From Octopus sinensis (lineage: Eukaryota), in assembly GCF_006345805.1 (NCBI RefSeq), contig NC_043001.1, positions 54,622,001 to 54,686,000 of the forward strand: 64,000 nt of DNA, read 5' to 3'. This document shows, piece after piece, positions 20,851 through 34,200 of the stretch (within the stretch, counting starts at the first letter, position 1; the number at the start of each line of letters is the position of its first letter). The notes under the pieces were generated by a model. That model was given only the letters and a program-made list of their open reading frames with translations, ran no database searches and was not told the DNA's origin. Position numbers and translations under genes: made by a program.

Positions 20851-23639
20851 TATATATATTCAAATATGGAATTAATTTAATTAGTTTTGCTGCTTGTTGT
20901 CCATAGTACTTCATGTTGGTTGAAAGTGTGGATGTAGTCTTATTATTTATTCTCTAATGAAAGGAGTCAGTGTTAATAAATAAAAAAAAATTCAGTAGTT
21001 AATTCATGATAACCTAACAAGACACTTGAAGCACAGTAGCAGAGGTTAAGGCATTATGTCATTGATCGTGTGGCTATGAGTTCAAACCCTACTACAAAAT
21101 ACAATGTGTTGTATTTCTTCACACTGAACAAGGACATAATTTTGTTTGCTCCAGTTCCTTTTTGCAGTGGGGTGGTATGGAAAAAGGGAGTTATAGCCAT
21201 CAAGGACTTTCACAGAGCCTTTGAGACATGAAACCGGTTCCACTCTCTGCTTTGTAGTTGTTGTTTAATTCTAGGTCAAACCTGATGGACAAGATATATG
21301 ATAAAAGGAATTTCCATCCCTGACCACCCTATCTTTAATACAGATATTGTGTGTTTAAAACTACATTATCCATTGTGTCCTTTTTTTTAAAGGCAAGGTT
21401 TGCATTGAGAGAGATTTTGGCTGCTATTTCTAGCTGGTAGAGCCACTGCAAAGATGCTTGTTCATTGTCTTCATGGTTGAGTGCCTGGTGGTACATGAAG
21501 AGAAAGAAAACTATACATCTCTGTGGTATTTATGTTTACATGCTGTGAAATGCCTTTGTAATACACCCCTTTTCTTTGTTGTGGTCACAGATTCATGCAC
21601 TCGTTCTAATTCAGGTTATTCATTTTTGTGACACTCTCTCTTCCTCCTCCCTCTCTCTCTCTCTCTCTCTCATTAAATGTCATTTGAGTTAGATAACAGC
21701 TGGGTTATAGTTAGAAAATTTGTTGTCATTTGATGAAAATTGATTTTATGTTCTTCCTTGTTTCATTTATCAAATCTAAAAGATTTCATGTTAAGAACTT
21801 TTTAAATGAGTTATAGTAAATTTTTTAAAAACTGAAATAAAATGTTTATATCTTCTGGCATACAAGTAGACTTTTTTCCACCCACTTTCTCCTCTCTAAA
21901 AAGGTCAGCTTATACACCAAAACAACTTTGGAGGACCAAAAATTCTTTGTGAAATGCAGCAGGATTTGGAAAGCTTGCAACGATGTTTGAATGTTTACAT
22001 TATATACTTGTAAGCTAGAAAATACAGTATTGCTTACTCAGAAAAAGCAAGGAAGTGTGCATGACTTATTTTTTTAGGGATTCTGACAGTAGTTGGAGGA
22101 AGGAGGTAGTGGTTCTCAGATCAGATACCTAACTTGAAAGTTTGCAACAGAGTTGGACACAATTAAAGGTGATGTTCATAAACTGGATGACACATTAAGC
22201 TGGCCATCCTTAAATAAGGACAGTTCCCTCTGATGGGTTTCTGCACATTTTCTATCTATCAAATTTCAATCAGAAAGCTTGTATTGGCAAAGACTATAAT
22301 AAGCTGTGTGGTTAAGAGGTGAATTTCTTAACCACACAACCATTTCTGTACCCAAGTTAGTGTCCTGTTATCTAGTGGTCTTCAAACTGCCAAGAATGCG
22401 AAATATTTGCTGCTCACCCATTTATTAATGAGAAAACAAAATAGCTTGCATCTGAACTGCTTTAAAAAGTTTAAAATCATCGTAGGTTTATTAAGCGACT
22501 AGCTTAAAAGCTCCACTTCGTGTGGACTTTTCAGCTACTTCCTGTGGATGGCTAATTGGGCCCCACGATCAAAAACTAAAGAGAGCCAAATAGCATGACT
22601 ATATGCCCTGGTGGTGTTTGATCAGAGGTTAAGGATGGATGAGAATTAATTCTGTAATGCAGTCATTCTATTGTTCCAGTTGCAAGCTGAATTCCAACTG
22701 TTGGTCAATTTGTCCCAAAGTTCTTATGTCAATGTAAAATTAATGAAGTGAATGGCATTTATCTCCCCCACAATCTCTGTCATCATCAGATAAACGTCAA
22801 CCAAGATGGCATGAATCAGCCAAGCGTTACCTGCTAGAAATAGCAGTCTAAATGCTTTTAAATCAGATCCCAATGCTGGATGTTCAAGAGCCAAATGAAG
22901 GGCAGATTTTCAGTCTCAGAATAATCCTAATTCCAAAGAAGCATGTCTATATAGAGCAAATGTAAACTGAAATACAGGGTCCCAGATGGACAGACAGAAT
23001 TTTGCTTTTATTATTATAGAAGCAATTTGTCTGTCCCCTTTTCAACTCCCATGGCTCTTCTATGAGAAACATTATGATGCATTAAATTGTTAGGACATTA
23101 TTAGTGAAGTTGTTTTTGTGAAATAGTGATTCAAAGAAACATAAATCAGGTGCAGAATTAATTGCAAAGGATTTATAAAAATGGATGTGTGGTTAAGAGG
23201 TTTGCTTTAGAACCATGTGGTTCAGGGTTTGCTTCCACTGTGTGATCATTGTCAGCTAACATTCTAGCATTCTGTACTACAGCCACAGGTCAGCCAATAT
23301 TTTATGCATGTACTTGATAGATAGAAACTGAAGAAACCTGTCTTGCATGTGTGTTTATATAACTGTCATGCTAATGAAGGCTATTGAACCAGAAACATGT
23401 ATCCACAACTGTCCTCTTATCTCTTAATGGCATGTCAGTTTTGGAGAATATCTGAATCTTGATATTATTTCCTCTTGTCAAGTAGACTTGGTCATTATTG
23501 CCATTTGGAAATTATGACATATCTTCTAGAAGCAGGGATAACTTTAATAAGTCAAGGATTTTTGTTGTATGGTATTTAGCTTACTAGTATTTGTCTCTTA
23601 TTAAAATCTGGTCACTCTGAGTTATTTCACTTGATTCAT

Positions 23640-23820
23640 CATCATCATCATCATTTAATGTCTGTTTTCCATGTTGGTATGGGTTGGACGGTTTGACAGG
23701 GGCTGGCTAGGCAGAAGACTGCACCAGGTTTCACTGTTTTGGCAGGGTTTTTTTATGGCTAGATGACCTTCCTAACATCAACCACCTTACAGAGTGGACT
23801 GAGTACTTTTTACACCATTT
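23640..23820 (-). mobile_element. RTE-3'-tail repeat
   Basis: catcatcatcatttaatgtc...catgttggtatgggttggacgg...ccttcctaacatcaacc. Confidence 0.8.
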
Positions 23821-24339
23821 GTTTATGTATGTTTGTGTGTCTATATGTGTTTAATTTCCCCTCCTCTTTATGTCCTTAAGATATGTGAACAAAACAATAG
23901 CCTTCTTACCAGATACTGGTAGCCTACTTGTAGTCAACCATGAAAGCATATCTAGACTTCTTAACATGTAGCACAATCTTTGTAAAGAAAGATTATGCAA
24001 CACAAAGTGGATCGGAAATAACAATGGACCAAGATGTCTGGCGATGTAAAATTCTTGAGAAGATATCACTACATCAGCGAAACTGAGTTCTAGAAATGTT
24101 GTGTGTCCTACTCACACTAAAATAGAAAACTTCTCACACACTCTACCACAACAAACCAAACTACCTCTCTACATCTCTTCCTCACATTTCCACTTCATGC
24201 GCTATACTTACCTCCCACTCCCCAAACCTGTCCCTTTGGCCTTGTCTCACTGCATCATTTCTATCTACTAGATCCTCCTGTGTGTTCCACCCACACATAA
24301 GAAAACTGTTCACACACCCTACTTCAACAAACCACTCTA

Positions 24340-25480
24340 TTAGGTTGTTCCGAAAATAATGGCCACTCTAAGTGTTGTATTTTGAAACACAATTTTATCA
24401 TGGTATTTTAATTATATTTTAGGGGAATTTCAACATACTTAATGTTTTCTGTATGAAATAAGAAAATTATTAAAGAGCATACATCATTCTTGAAGCATAG
24501 GCACCCTTAATTATGAACATGACAAAAAAGGACCTTTGCTTACTTTTCTTGCATGAGTTCAAGCTTGGGCACAATGCCTCCCAAACTGCTGCCAATATCA
24601 GCAGAGCATGGGGAGAGGGTCCACAAGTGATCACACAGTACAAAGGTGGTTTCAGAAATTCCATAGTGGTGATGAGAGCCTTGAAGATGAAGAAGGTAGA
24701 GAATGGTCATGCAGTCTTCACAATGAACAATTGAAAGCAATTGTTGAACAAAACCATTGTCAAAGTGTCAGAAAAATGTCTCAGGCACTTGGTGTCGGTA
24801 TTGCAATGGTCTCACGCAATCTGCAGAAGATTGGTGAGGTGAAAAAGCTTGATAAATTGGTACTGCATGAGCTCAAGGAAAATAAAAAGTTTAGGATTTT
24901 GAAGTGTACTCGATGCTCTTTCTGCGAAACACCAATGATCCTTTTCTTGACTGAATAGTCACTTGTGATGAAAAGTGGATCCTTTGTGATAACTATAAAT
25001 GATCAGGTCAATGACTTGATCGTGATGAGCCCCCCCCCCCCAACATTTCCCAAAGCCAAAGTTGCGTCAGCAAAAGATTATGGTGACTGTCTGGTGCTCT
25101 GCAATTGGTGTTGTCCATAACAGCTTTCTTACTGCAATCAACTTGCAAAATATGAGACCTGCATACGTGAATCGGCATGGCCCCAATTCTACTCCATGAT
25201 AATGCAAATTCACATGTTGTAAGAATGATGCAGTAGAAACTCATGATTTGAGACTTTACCACATCCTTCATATTCTCGTGATCTTTTACCCACTGACTAC
25301 TGTTTTTTAAGCATTTAAACATGTTTTAAGTGATAAAACTGTCAGGTCCAAACCAGAGGTGGAATCAGCTTTTAAAGATTTCTTAGCATCAAAGTCAGTA
25401 AGTTTTTATCAATAAGGCATAAATAATCTTGTTGATTGATGGCAGAGATGCCATCATACTTTGGGTCATACTTTGACTAA
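24340..25480 (+). mobile_element. Mariner (Hsmar1/Mos1-like) relic with decayed transposase; right TIR missing
   Basis: TA + ttaggttgttccgaaaataat TIR; FLHEFKLGHNA..., VTCDEKW, LLHDNA and HPSYSRDL motifs with stops and frameshifts. Confidence 0.9.
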
Positions 25481-26099
25481 TCAAAACTTTTCTATTGTTC
25501 TACATCTCTTCCTCATATTTCCTCCTTCATACACTATGCCTAGCTCTCACTCCCCAATCCTGTCCTCACGGGCCCTGTTCTTCTTTATCATTGCTATCCA
25601 GTAGCCCATCGACTCTATATATAGCCAAGTTTTTGCCACTCACTCCCCCACCTTTCCGCACTCTCTAATCATGCTTTTTTGGCAATGTCCTGCCACTTAT
25701 ATTATGTCTGGTGAACCTGAAGGGTATGTCCTGGCACTTGCCATCATCTCTATCTCTCTCTTCCTTTACTCAACAATCCTATTTATGATATTTTGATCCC
25801 CATCCCTTGTGAGTATGCCCGGCACTTTGCTACCATCTCTATCCTGCTGTCTCCCACTCTTTCTCTCCTTCTCCTGCTCCTCCCTCAGATTGGGTAATCA
25901 TGTATCTCTTTTACAGCAGTATGTTTGTTTTTGTTCTCATTCCTGATCTCGTTATTTCTCTGGCCAGGTAACCTTGTACCTCCACTACAAAAAGACACCT
26001 GTTTCTGTCTCTCTGTCTCATTATAACCTTTCATCATCTGACACAGGATCACCTCCTGCAATGCCCCCTCTCTTCAAAAGATTTTCGTTTTGCAAGTTA

Positions 26100-26405
26100 C
26101 TTGGTGATCCAGTCAATGCAGGTGCTACTTAAAAAGCATCCAGTCCACACTGTAAAGTGGTTGGCATTTGGAAGGTCATCCAGCTGTAAAAACCTTGCCA
26201 AAACTGACCTTGCCTATGCTTGTTCCATGTAAAACGCACTGTCCATTCTGCTGGGTGGTTGGTGTTAGGAAGGACATCCAGCTGTAAAAATCCTGCCATA
26301 ACAGACACAGAAATCTGGTGCAGGCTTCTGTCCGGCCAGCTCCTGTCAAATCGTCACACCCATACCAGCATGACAAGTGGACGTTAAACAATGATGATGA
26401 TAATG
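26100..26405 (+). mobile_element. RTE-3'-tail repeat (duplicated core)
   Basis: Two copies of gttgg(c/t)(a/g)tt(t/a)ggaagg..catccagctgtaaaa followed by a tgatgatga tail. Confidence 0.75.
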
Positions 26406-26748
26406 ATGAATTTGAAATGGAAAGGCTATAGTGTAATTGAAAATGTGATCTGATTACCAATAGATATGTGGTTTGCATCACATCAGTGCAACTATTCTAC
26501 TTTTGTTTCAGATTTGTGCTTGTAATGTCTAATTTCATCAGCAATATGTTGTTATATTCTTAAAGTCCTCGACAGGGTTTCAGCTCAAACTGAATTATTA
26601 CTCTTCAGTCTCAGAGTGACATCAATTACCTGCAGTTGTAAACTTCCTTTTCGCGATACTTGCTTATAGCTAGATAGTTTGGGATATTGAGAGTTGATGT
26701 GTATATGTGTGTGCGTGTAAGTTTATTTTTATGTTACTAAATTATGTG

Positions 26749-27090
26749 AGTGTATGGTAAGTAGCTTGCTTACCAACCACATGGTTCCGGGTTCAGTCCC
26801 ACTGCATGGCACCTTGGGCATGTGTCTTCTTCTATAACCATGGGCTGACAAAAAAGCCTTGTGAGTGGATTTGGTAAACAGAAACTGAAAGAATATCTTT
26901 GTGTGTCTGTGTTTATCGCCCCACCATCACTTGATAACTGATGCTAGTGAGTTTACATCCCTGTAACTTAGCGGTTTGTCAAAAGAGACCAGTAGAATAA
27001 GTACTAGGTTTACAGAAGTTTAAGTTCGACTAGAGGTGGTGCTCCAGCATGGCTGCAGAAAAATATCTGAAACAGATAAAAGAATAAAAG
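26749..27090 (+). mobile_element. SINE family A, long form
   Basis: ggttccgggttcagtcccactgcatggcaccttgggc...aacttagcggtttgtcaaaagagacc...ctccagcatggctgcag. Confidence 0.85.
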
Positions 27091-28491
27091 AATATCATCA
27101 TCATCATTGTTTAATGTCCGCTTTCCATGCTAGCATGGGTTGGACGATTTGACTGAAGTCTGGCGAACCAGATGGCTGCACCATATATATAAATACACAC
27201 ATATAGTTCAAATTTACAGAAAACGAGATGAAGACGAGAGAACAGTATGTAGGCATATTACTTGACGCTTGGGAAGAATGGAAAAGTCTGACATTTTGAG
27301 CCTGTGCTGTTAGACAGAAAGAGAAAAAATATGTAGAGATTAATGGTTCAACATAATGAAATATATGTAAATATAAAATCACTGAAAGATATATGTGCTT
27401 TAATGGGAAATTGCTGTGATAGCCTGCTCTGATAAATATATTTATCTTGTGATATTTATTCCCTTATGAAATACAGTAAACCAGGCATTGGCCTGTTAAA
27501 GTTTAAATAACATCATTAAAGGTACAACTGTAAGATAATATCTATAGTTTTAATTTATCATGTAGGTGTCATGCGAGTTATTAAAATTTTTGGTAGGTAT
27601 GGTGTGATTATACTTTCACTGAAAACCCATAACATGATTTTTAGCAGAAGAGTTATTTCCCATATCATATATTATATAATTATGCCTTTCATATCACAAC
27701 TTGTTAATCTGTGTCAGTAATTATAGATATCTAATTGTTGAATTACTGGTTTATTGCTTTTCTGATAAGGGTGTGTCTAACTCAGCCCAGAACAAATATC
27801 TCAAAAGCTGTTTGAAAAACACAGGTTTCTTGTTTTTCTCTCTGATGTTTATATCCATAACTGAAAGATTATATGCACACACATGTATATAAAATTTGTA
27901 TTTGTATATATAAATATATATATATATAAGATATATATGTATGTGTATATACTTAGGTGTAAGTATATATTTATGTATATAAGTATGTGTGTGTGTGTGT
28001 TTATATATATTTGTATATGTTTGTATGTATGTATGTATGTATAAATATGTTTACATGCACACATACATCCAAGCCATAACCACATTGTTTTGATAATGAT
28101 ATGCTCCCTGATCAAGTAATGATTTCTTCTTTGAAGTGGTCTAACACTACCAAAATCATATCTGTAGTTGTTACCTTCCTGTTAACAGAGATCAAATCTC
28201 CCTGACTAAGCATGAAAATTTAAATTACTGTGAAATTAAATCTTAATTTCTTATAATTAATGTAATTGTCATGTTTTCGTTTTCTTTCTCCCAGTACAAA
28301 GAAATTGCAATCCATTTGGGATTTCTTTTGCATATGTGCTTTAGTACATCCCCGCCTTCCTAAGATGATATTAGTCTCCAACCAATGTATTTCTTTTTTA
28401 CTGCATGTTGAAGCTTAGATTACATTTTTAACATTCCAATCACTAAAGATGTCTTTTCCTTTATATGATTTCTTTTTGGTTTTTCTATTTC

Positions 28492-28520
28492 AGATTTCTT
28501 CTAAATATGTACATTACCGT
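28492..28520 (+). CDS. Candidate 29-nt micro-exon (ISSKYVHYR in the phase-0 frame)
   Basis: Strong acceptor tttttggtttttctatttcag and consensus donor gtaagt. Confidence 0.35.
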
Positions 28521-28574
28521 AGGTAAGTTCAGTTGGTTTTGTCTCTTTTAAAACACCAGGTAACTGGTGCATAG

Positions 28575-28795
28575 CTCTTTAGCATTTAGATTACTCTGTC
28601 AAGTGTAATGCTTATTCATATACATTGCTTTGAATTAATCAAGCATTACCTCTTAGTTTTGAGATTTCAGTGATGTGATTGTTCATTTTCAGAATGATAT
28701 TGTAGGGTAGTTGTGAGGGGCTAGATCTGGCTGGTTTAAATATAAAGCAGGTAGACTATTTGGGCTAGATATGGCTGGCTTAAATGCTAGTGTTA
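28575..28795. mobile_element. Degraded piggyBac-type MITE
   Basis: Ends ctctttagcattta / taaatgctagtgttaa resemble a ccctttagcatt...aatgctaaaggg TTAA architecture. Confidence 0.45.
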
Positions 28796-29526
28796 ACTCC
28801 TGTTCTGTGTTAATCCTGCAGGACCTATGGTCAAGAGAATGTTATTGTAACTCTCTTGTATGTTTAGGGATATCAAGAAATACTTTATCTACAGTGTTCT
28901 TCCCTTTCTTTTTTAAAAAAAAAGTGTGATTTGTGGGGAGATTTGGTTGCTATTTCTAGCAGGTAGAGTGATCACTTGTATCGTGACATCGTGAGCTGTC
29001 TGAAATCACGAGAATGCAGTTGTTTGAATACTACCTAGATATTGGAAAATGGTGCTGCTCCTTGCCCTCCTAGATGTGTTAGAACCCACATTGCATATGT
29101 AAATTCCATTTTGACATCATTTCTACACCTCAAATGGAACATACAATATCAATAAGAAGGGCTGCATGCCTATCATGTTACCAGCCACTTTACAGAGTAT
29201 ACCATGTGTGTCACTGACACCAGACAGGCAGTCTTGGCCTCATTAGTTTGACTCCAAAGGTCTCATTTCTGTTATGACTAAAGAAGTCTCTTTCGTCCTG
29301 CATTGTTTTTTTTTCCTCCACACAACTCGTTGAGTAAAAAGAGGCATTTTCTATCATATCATTACTTATGTTTTGTCAACACTTATGCAGTATGCTGGAA
29401 CAAAGAAAGAATGATAGAGAGTGAATTTTTATTATATAGACCAAGGAATAGGGGTCAGTGAACACTGAAATAGTTTTTGAGGTCCATTCCTGACTGGTGA
29501 GATTGACGCAGTTAATGTTTAAATTT

Positions 29527-31285
29527 ATCATCATCATCATCGATTAATGTCTGTTTTGTATGATGGCATAGGTTGGATGGTTTGACTGAGAGCCAGCAGC
29601 TGCTCTGGCTCCAATCTGATCTGGCACAGTTTCTACAACTGGATGCCCTTCCTAATGCCAACCACTCTGAGAGTGTAGTGGGTGCTTTTTACATGCTACC
29701 AGCACAGGAGCCAGGCAGGCCTGGCAATGATTATGTTTGGATGGTGCTTTTTATGTGCCATCAGCACAGGAGCTAGTCAGTGGGTATTGGCAATGGTCAT
29801 GATCGGTTGGTGCTTTTTATGTGCCACTGGCACGGGAGCCACTCAGGCAGACCTGGCATCGACCATGTTTGGTTGGTGCTCTTTATGTGCCACTGGCACG
29901 GGAGCCAATCTGGGGATACTGGCATTGGCCACGTTTGGTTGGTGCTTTTTATGTGTCACTGGCACGGGAGCCAGTCAGGTGGACCTGCTATCAACCACAT
30001 TCTGATGATGTTTTTTACATGCTATTACCAACACAGGAGCCAGTCAGGGAGCACTGGCCCCAGCTATGATATTGGTTTTACTTGACTCAACAGGTCTTCT
30101 CAAGCATGTCATATCATCTGGCACATCAAGGGTATTCTTAATAGGGCCGGACATACATGGCTGTGATCTCACTTTAGTTGCCAGGTCTTCTCAATTACAG
30201 CATATCTCCAAAGGTCTCGGACTCCTGTGATTGCCTCTGTGAGGCCAAATGTTCAAAGGTCATGCTTCACCACCTTATCCATTGTCTTCCTGGGTCTACC
30301 TATTCCACAGGTTCCTTCTACAGTTAGGGAGTGGCACTTCCTCACACTGCTGTCTTCATTCATACATAACACATGGCCATACCAGCACAGTCACCACTCT
30401 TGCACACCACATTTGATGCTTCTTATGCCCGACTTCTCTCTTGGGTGCTTACATTCTGTCATGGATGCACACTGACATTACACATCCAGCGGATCATACT
30501 AGCTTCATTTCAAGCCTACGCATGTTCTCACTATTCATGGCCCATGTTCAACTGCCATGTAACAGTTTGCACACATGCATCATACAGTCTACCTTTCACC
30601 CTGAGCGAGAAGCCTTTATTTGCCAGAAGAAGTAGGAGCTCCCTGAACTTTGCCCACGCTATTCTTACTCTAGTCATTACACTCTTGGAGCAGACTTGGT
30701 CACCTAAGTAGCAGAAGCTATTAACTACTTCTAGTTTCTCCTCCTGACATGCGATAGAATCTGTTTTCTGTACATCTTCAGTGTTTATTGCCCCAGTGCA
30801 TCTACTACACAAAAACTATTTTCCTGGTTAACCTTCCTTTGATATTGCTGCACCTTTTATGTGTCCATAGCTTACACTGGGTACATCATATGGAGTTTCT
30901 AGAGATCAGGCAGGACCATCTACCTGAAGGGGGGTTAGGATTTGACAGCCTTCCTACTTACTAAGACTGGCAGTGACTCTGCTATTAGAGGAAGGTCATC
31001 AGCATAGAGGAGCTCTTGGGCAACCTGTCTTCAGTTCCTGTTATTGCCTGGAGGTCTATAATGAATAAGAGGGGGCTGAGGACTGATCCTTGGTGAACTC
31101 CAACTTGGAATTCTTCACTATACTTGTTGCCCACCCTCACCTTACTGACAGCGTCCCTGTACAGAGATTGTACAATTCTTACCAGCCACACATCTATCCC
31201 CAGTTTCCACATTGACCACCAGATAAGGGATTGGGGGCCCTGTCAAAGCTTTCTCCAAGTCAACAAAAGCCAAGTACAAAGATTT
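29527..31285 (-). mobile_element. 5'-truncated RTE LINE: degraded RT and C-terminus continuous with the 3' UTR hairpin minisatellite and (gat)n tail
   Basis: LYLAFVDLEKA, VGVHQGSVLSPLLFII, LxYLGD, RVRIAWAKFRELL...KGRLYDACV; tail 29527-30100. Confidence 0.9.
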
Positions 31286-31427
31286 ATATAAGATTCCGAT
31301 ACCTTATGAGAAAAATCCAATAGTATTTAAAATTGGTCATTCCAAGTATAGAGTTTATGCACAGTGTTACTGAATCAAGGGTTTTATTTAAAGTGTGTAT
31401 GCTTTTAACATGTCAGTGCCATGTTAA

Positions 31428-31643
31428 CCCTTTCATTACCAACCCGGCTGAAACTGGCTCTGGCTCTGAGTACGAATATTTTGTTTTCATAAGTTTTGAA
31501 TTTTTGAATTAAAATCTTAGTCACAATTTATGTTCCTAACACTAGCTGAATGATAACTAAGTTATTTTACTAAATTATTTATTATATTTAAAGTAATTGA
31601 AAGAAACACAGAACATCTCAAAATAAATACAGTAATGAAAGGG
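31428..31643. mobile_element. piggyBac-type MITE (216 bp), 12-bp perfect TIRs, TTAA duplication, nested in an RTE-tail copy (to ~31820)
   Basis: TTAA|ccctttcattac ... gtaatgaaaggg|TTAA. Confidence 0.9.
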
Positions 31644-32299
31644 TTAAAAAGACCCACCACACACTCTAAAGTGGTTGGCATTAAGAAGGGCATCTAGATG
31701 TAGAAATCAAGCCAAATCAGACTGGAACCTGGTGTGGCTCTCCTACTTGCCAGCTCTGATCAATCTGTCCAAGCCATGCCAGCATGGAAAATAGATGTCA
31801 AAGGATGATGATGATGCTGAGGACGATAATTTGTAAATCAGATAATGAAATATTAGGCTAAAAGAGTGTCACACAAATATCTTGCACTGCTTAGTTATGT
31901 CCTTTTACAGTTGAAATCCTACTGGCTTGACTTTGCTATTCATCTCTTCTGTGAACTGAGTTTTAGTCTAATTTTGGTAACACTTCTCTCAGTATTGCCA
32001 AGTTTTTTTGTTTTTTTTTTACCTTTCATCTTTCTGGAGTCAAAAGACTAAGTAATGGTCAAGTACTGGGGTTGATATAAACAGCTGCTTCCTTATCTGT
32101 AACTTATGGCCTTGTACATGCTTTAGAATTATCTGTAGAACTGCATATGAAATGCCATGTAGTGTTCTTTTATATTTTAGGTTGAAATCTTGTCAAAATA
32201 ACCTTTGTTTTTCATTTTCCTGGGGCTGATAAAGTACCAGCCATGTACTGGGATTTGTGGTTTTATACCTATGTTAAAAATTATTATTATTATTAGCAT

Positions 32300-32520
32300 T
32301 AAGGCAGTGAGCTGGCAGAATTGTTAGCATGCTGGGCAAAATGCTTTGTGGCATTTTGTCTGATTTCATGTTCTAAGTTCAAATTCCACTGAGGTTGACT
32401 TTGCCTTTCACCCTTTCGAGGTCAATAAAAAAATAAGTACCCGCTCAGCATTGGGGTTGATGTAATCAACTATCCACTTTTTCCCAAAATTCCAGACCTT
32501 ATACTTGTAGCAGAAAAGGT
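32300..32520 (+). mobile_element. SINE family B (degraded)
   Basis: ggcagtgagctggcagaattgttagc...aagttcaaattccactgaggttgactttgcctttcacc. Confidence 0.8.
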
Positions 32521-32794
32521 AATTACTATTAGCATTTCTGGCAATTCTATGTCAAATATTTTTAAGTATGAAGGAAGTGTATTTGAAAATATAAGATAAA
32601 TTTAATGTAGACAGAATACATTTAATGTATTTACTGTATAAAATAAATATGAATGTATTTTGTTTAATCTCTTTACAACCCAGGCATCTGAAGTACTTAA
32701 TTATGTCATTGATTAATGCACATTGTGCAAACTAGACAAACTATTTCAGCTGAATACTAGTGATTAATTTAAATTAGCAATTTTGCTTTTGTAG

Positions 32795-32858
32795 ACAAAA
32801 TGTCAAGGATTACTTCTATTCTCACAAGATTGGCCAACCAGTTATGAAAGACGTCAAG
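32795..32858 (+). CDS. Candidate exon (QNVKDYFYSHKIGQPVMKDVK in one frame); donor uncertain
   Basis: Acceptor aattttgcttttgtag; phase-compatible with 28492-28520, but only a weak GC-type donor. Confidence 0.2.
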
Positions 32859-33999
32859 GCAATCTCCTTACTTTTCTATGTGCTAAGAGAATAACGAACC
32901 ATAATAACAATTATTTGCAACAGTATAGTTTGGCATTACAAACAGTAGTTTAATTGTGTTAAGTTTATCCATGTCTGTTTTCATTAGAGAGAGAGATGGT
33001 TTAAAATGGAAGGGGAGAGCTTGCAACTCCATTACAACTATCAGTCTTTCAGCATCTCTTGAGTTCTAGTTTGACTTCAAACCTGAGTTTTTCTCTTTTG
33101 ATAATTTGGGATTTGTGTTCAAATTATGGAAAGTACATTTGAGAAATGTGAATATTATTCAACATCGCCATTTCTCAATGAGCATTGACTCTTATAGATA
33201 AAGATGATATGTGTGAGAAATTAGCAGAGTCACTCATTAGTTTTAATTAATATTAGAAGTTTACATGTTGTTGCCCCTGCAATATTATCTGAAATCAAGA
33301 ATTATTTGTGTAATACACATGATGTAAGGAGATAACAAATGCAATGTACAATGTAGCATAAAATTTGTGTTATTGGAAATTGAAATTGTTAGATCTTGCA
33401 GATTTATCTGAAAACAAATTTTGATAATTTGTTATTGTTTGTTACAATTTCAAAATGTTTGCTGAGTTTAGGTATAATTGTGATAATAAGCAGACTGTTC
33501 TGTCTATTTTGTAAGGAAATGTTGATTTTTCAGTGGTCATGGTGATGATAGCATAGAAAAATTTCAATGTTTCTTTAATCTTAATTTTATATTAAATGTA
33601 ATGTAACAATATGCAGCATAAAAAAGAGAAAAAATATTATCAGATTTTTGAAAAGATAATCTCAGTTACATGAAAACTGGGTAAATATACTGGAGTAAAT
33701 TATATTTGCTTACAGCTGTTCTTTGTTGTGAGTTCATTAGTATTGTTGTCAATTAAAACTTTGATACTGGAGTTTCTTTTTGCTTGCAAAAATGTGGTGA
33801 ACAATTGGCCTGGGGTAAAAAATAAGCTTTTGTAGGTAGGTCGTAGCGTTGTCATTTTTGTGTTCTTGACTTTTATTCATTAACACTGCAGAAGTATTTC
33901 TGAAAGGGAATTTTCACCTGATGATGGTGAAAGGGTATTTGTTTTTCTGTCATGGTGAGGGAGCAAGAAGACTAAAAGACCTTTTATTCTTCTGAGATG

Positions 34000-34200
34000 A
34001 AGAGACACTGTGTTGAACTTGTTTCTAGGTTATGTAAAAGCATAACAGCACATTCAACTTTTAGCACCAGTTCATGGTTGGATAGGCCAGATGATATGCT
34101 GTTGAGAAATTCTATTGGAGTGGCACGTTTGATAATTATTAAATTTGAAGTGGCAGGGTTATAACCTTGTGAGTTACCCAGCAACTGTTCAGTACAAAAT
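34000..34200 (-). mobile_element. Helitron PIF1-helicase fragment
   Basis: PIEFLNSISSGLSNHELVLKVECAVMLLHNL matches the Helitron helicase motif PxEFLNSLxxSGLPPHxLxLKVGxPIMLLRNL. Confidence 0.75.

Noticed and set aside
23483-23591. Ankyrin-like peptide SRLGHYCHLEIMTYLLEAG
   Set aside because: Single short match with a 3-aa insertion, no TPLH motif, no neighbouring repeats, mediocre splice sites.
28811-28846. Phase-compatible exon candidate TYGQENVIVTL
   Set aside because: Lies within a dispersed repeat also seen at 21270-21440.
29680-30070. CRISPR-like array of hairpin repeats with spacers (also 56230-56520)
   Set aside because: The spacers are homologous to each other, the array sits in a LINE 3' UTR in eukaryotic DNA, and there are no cas genes.
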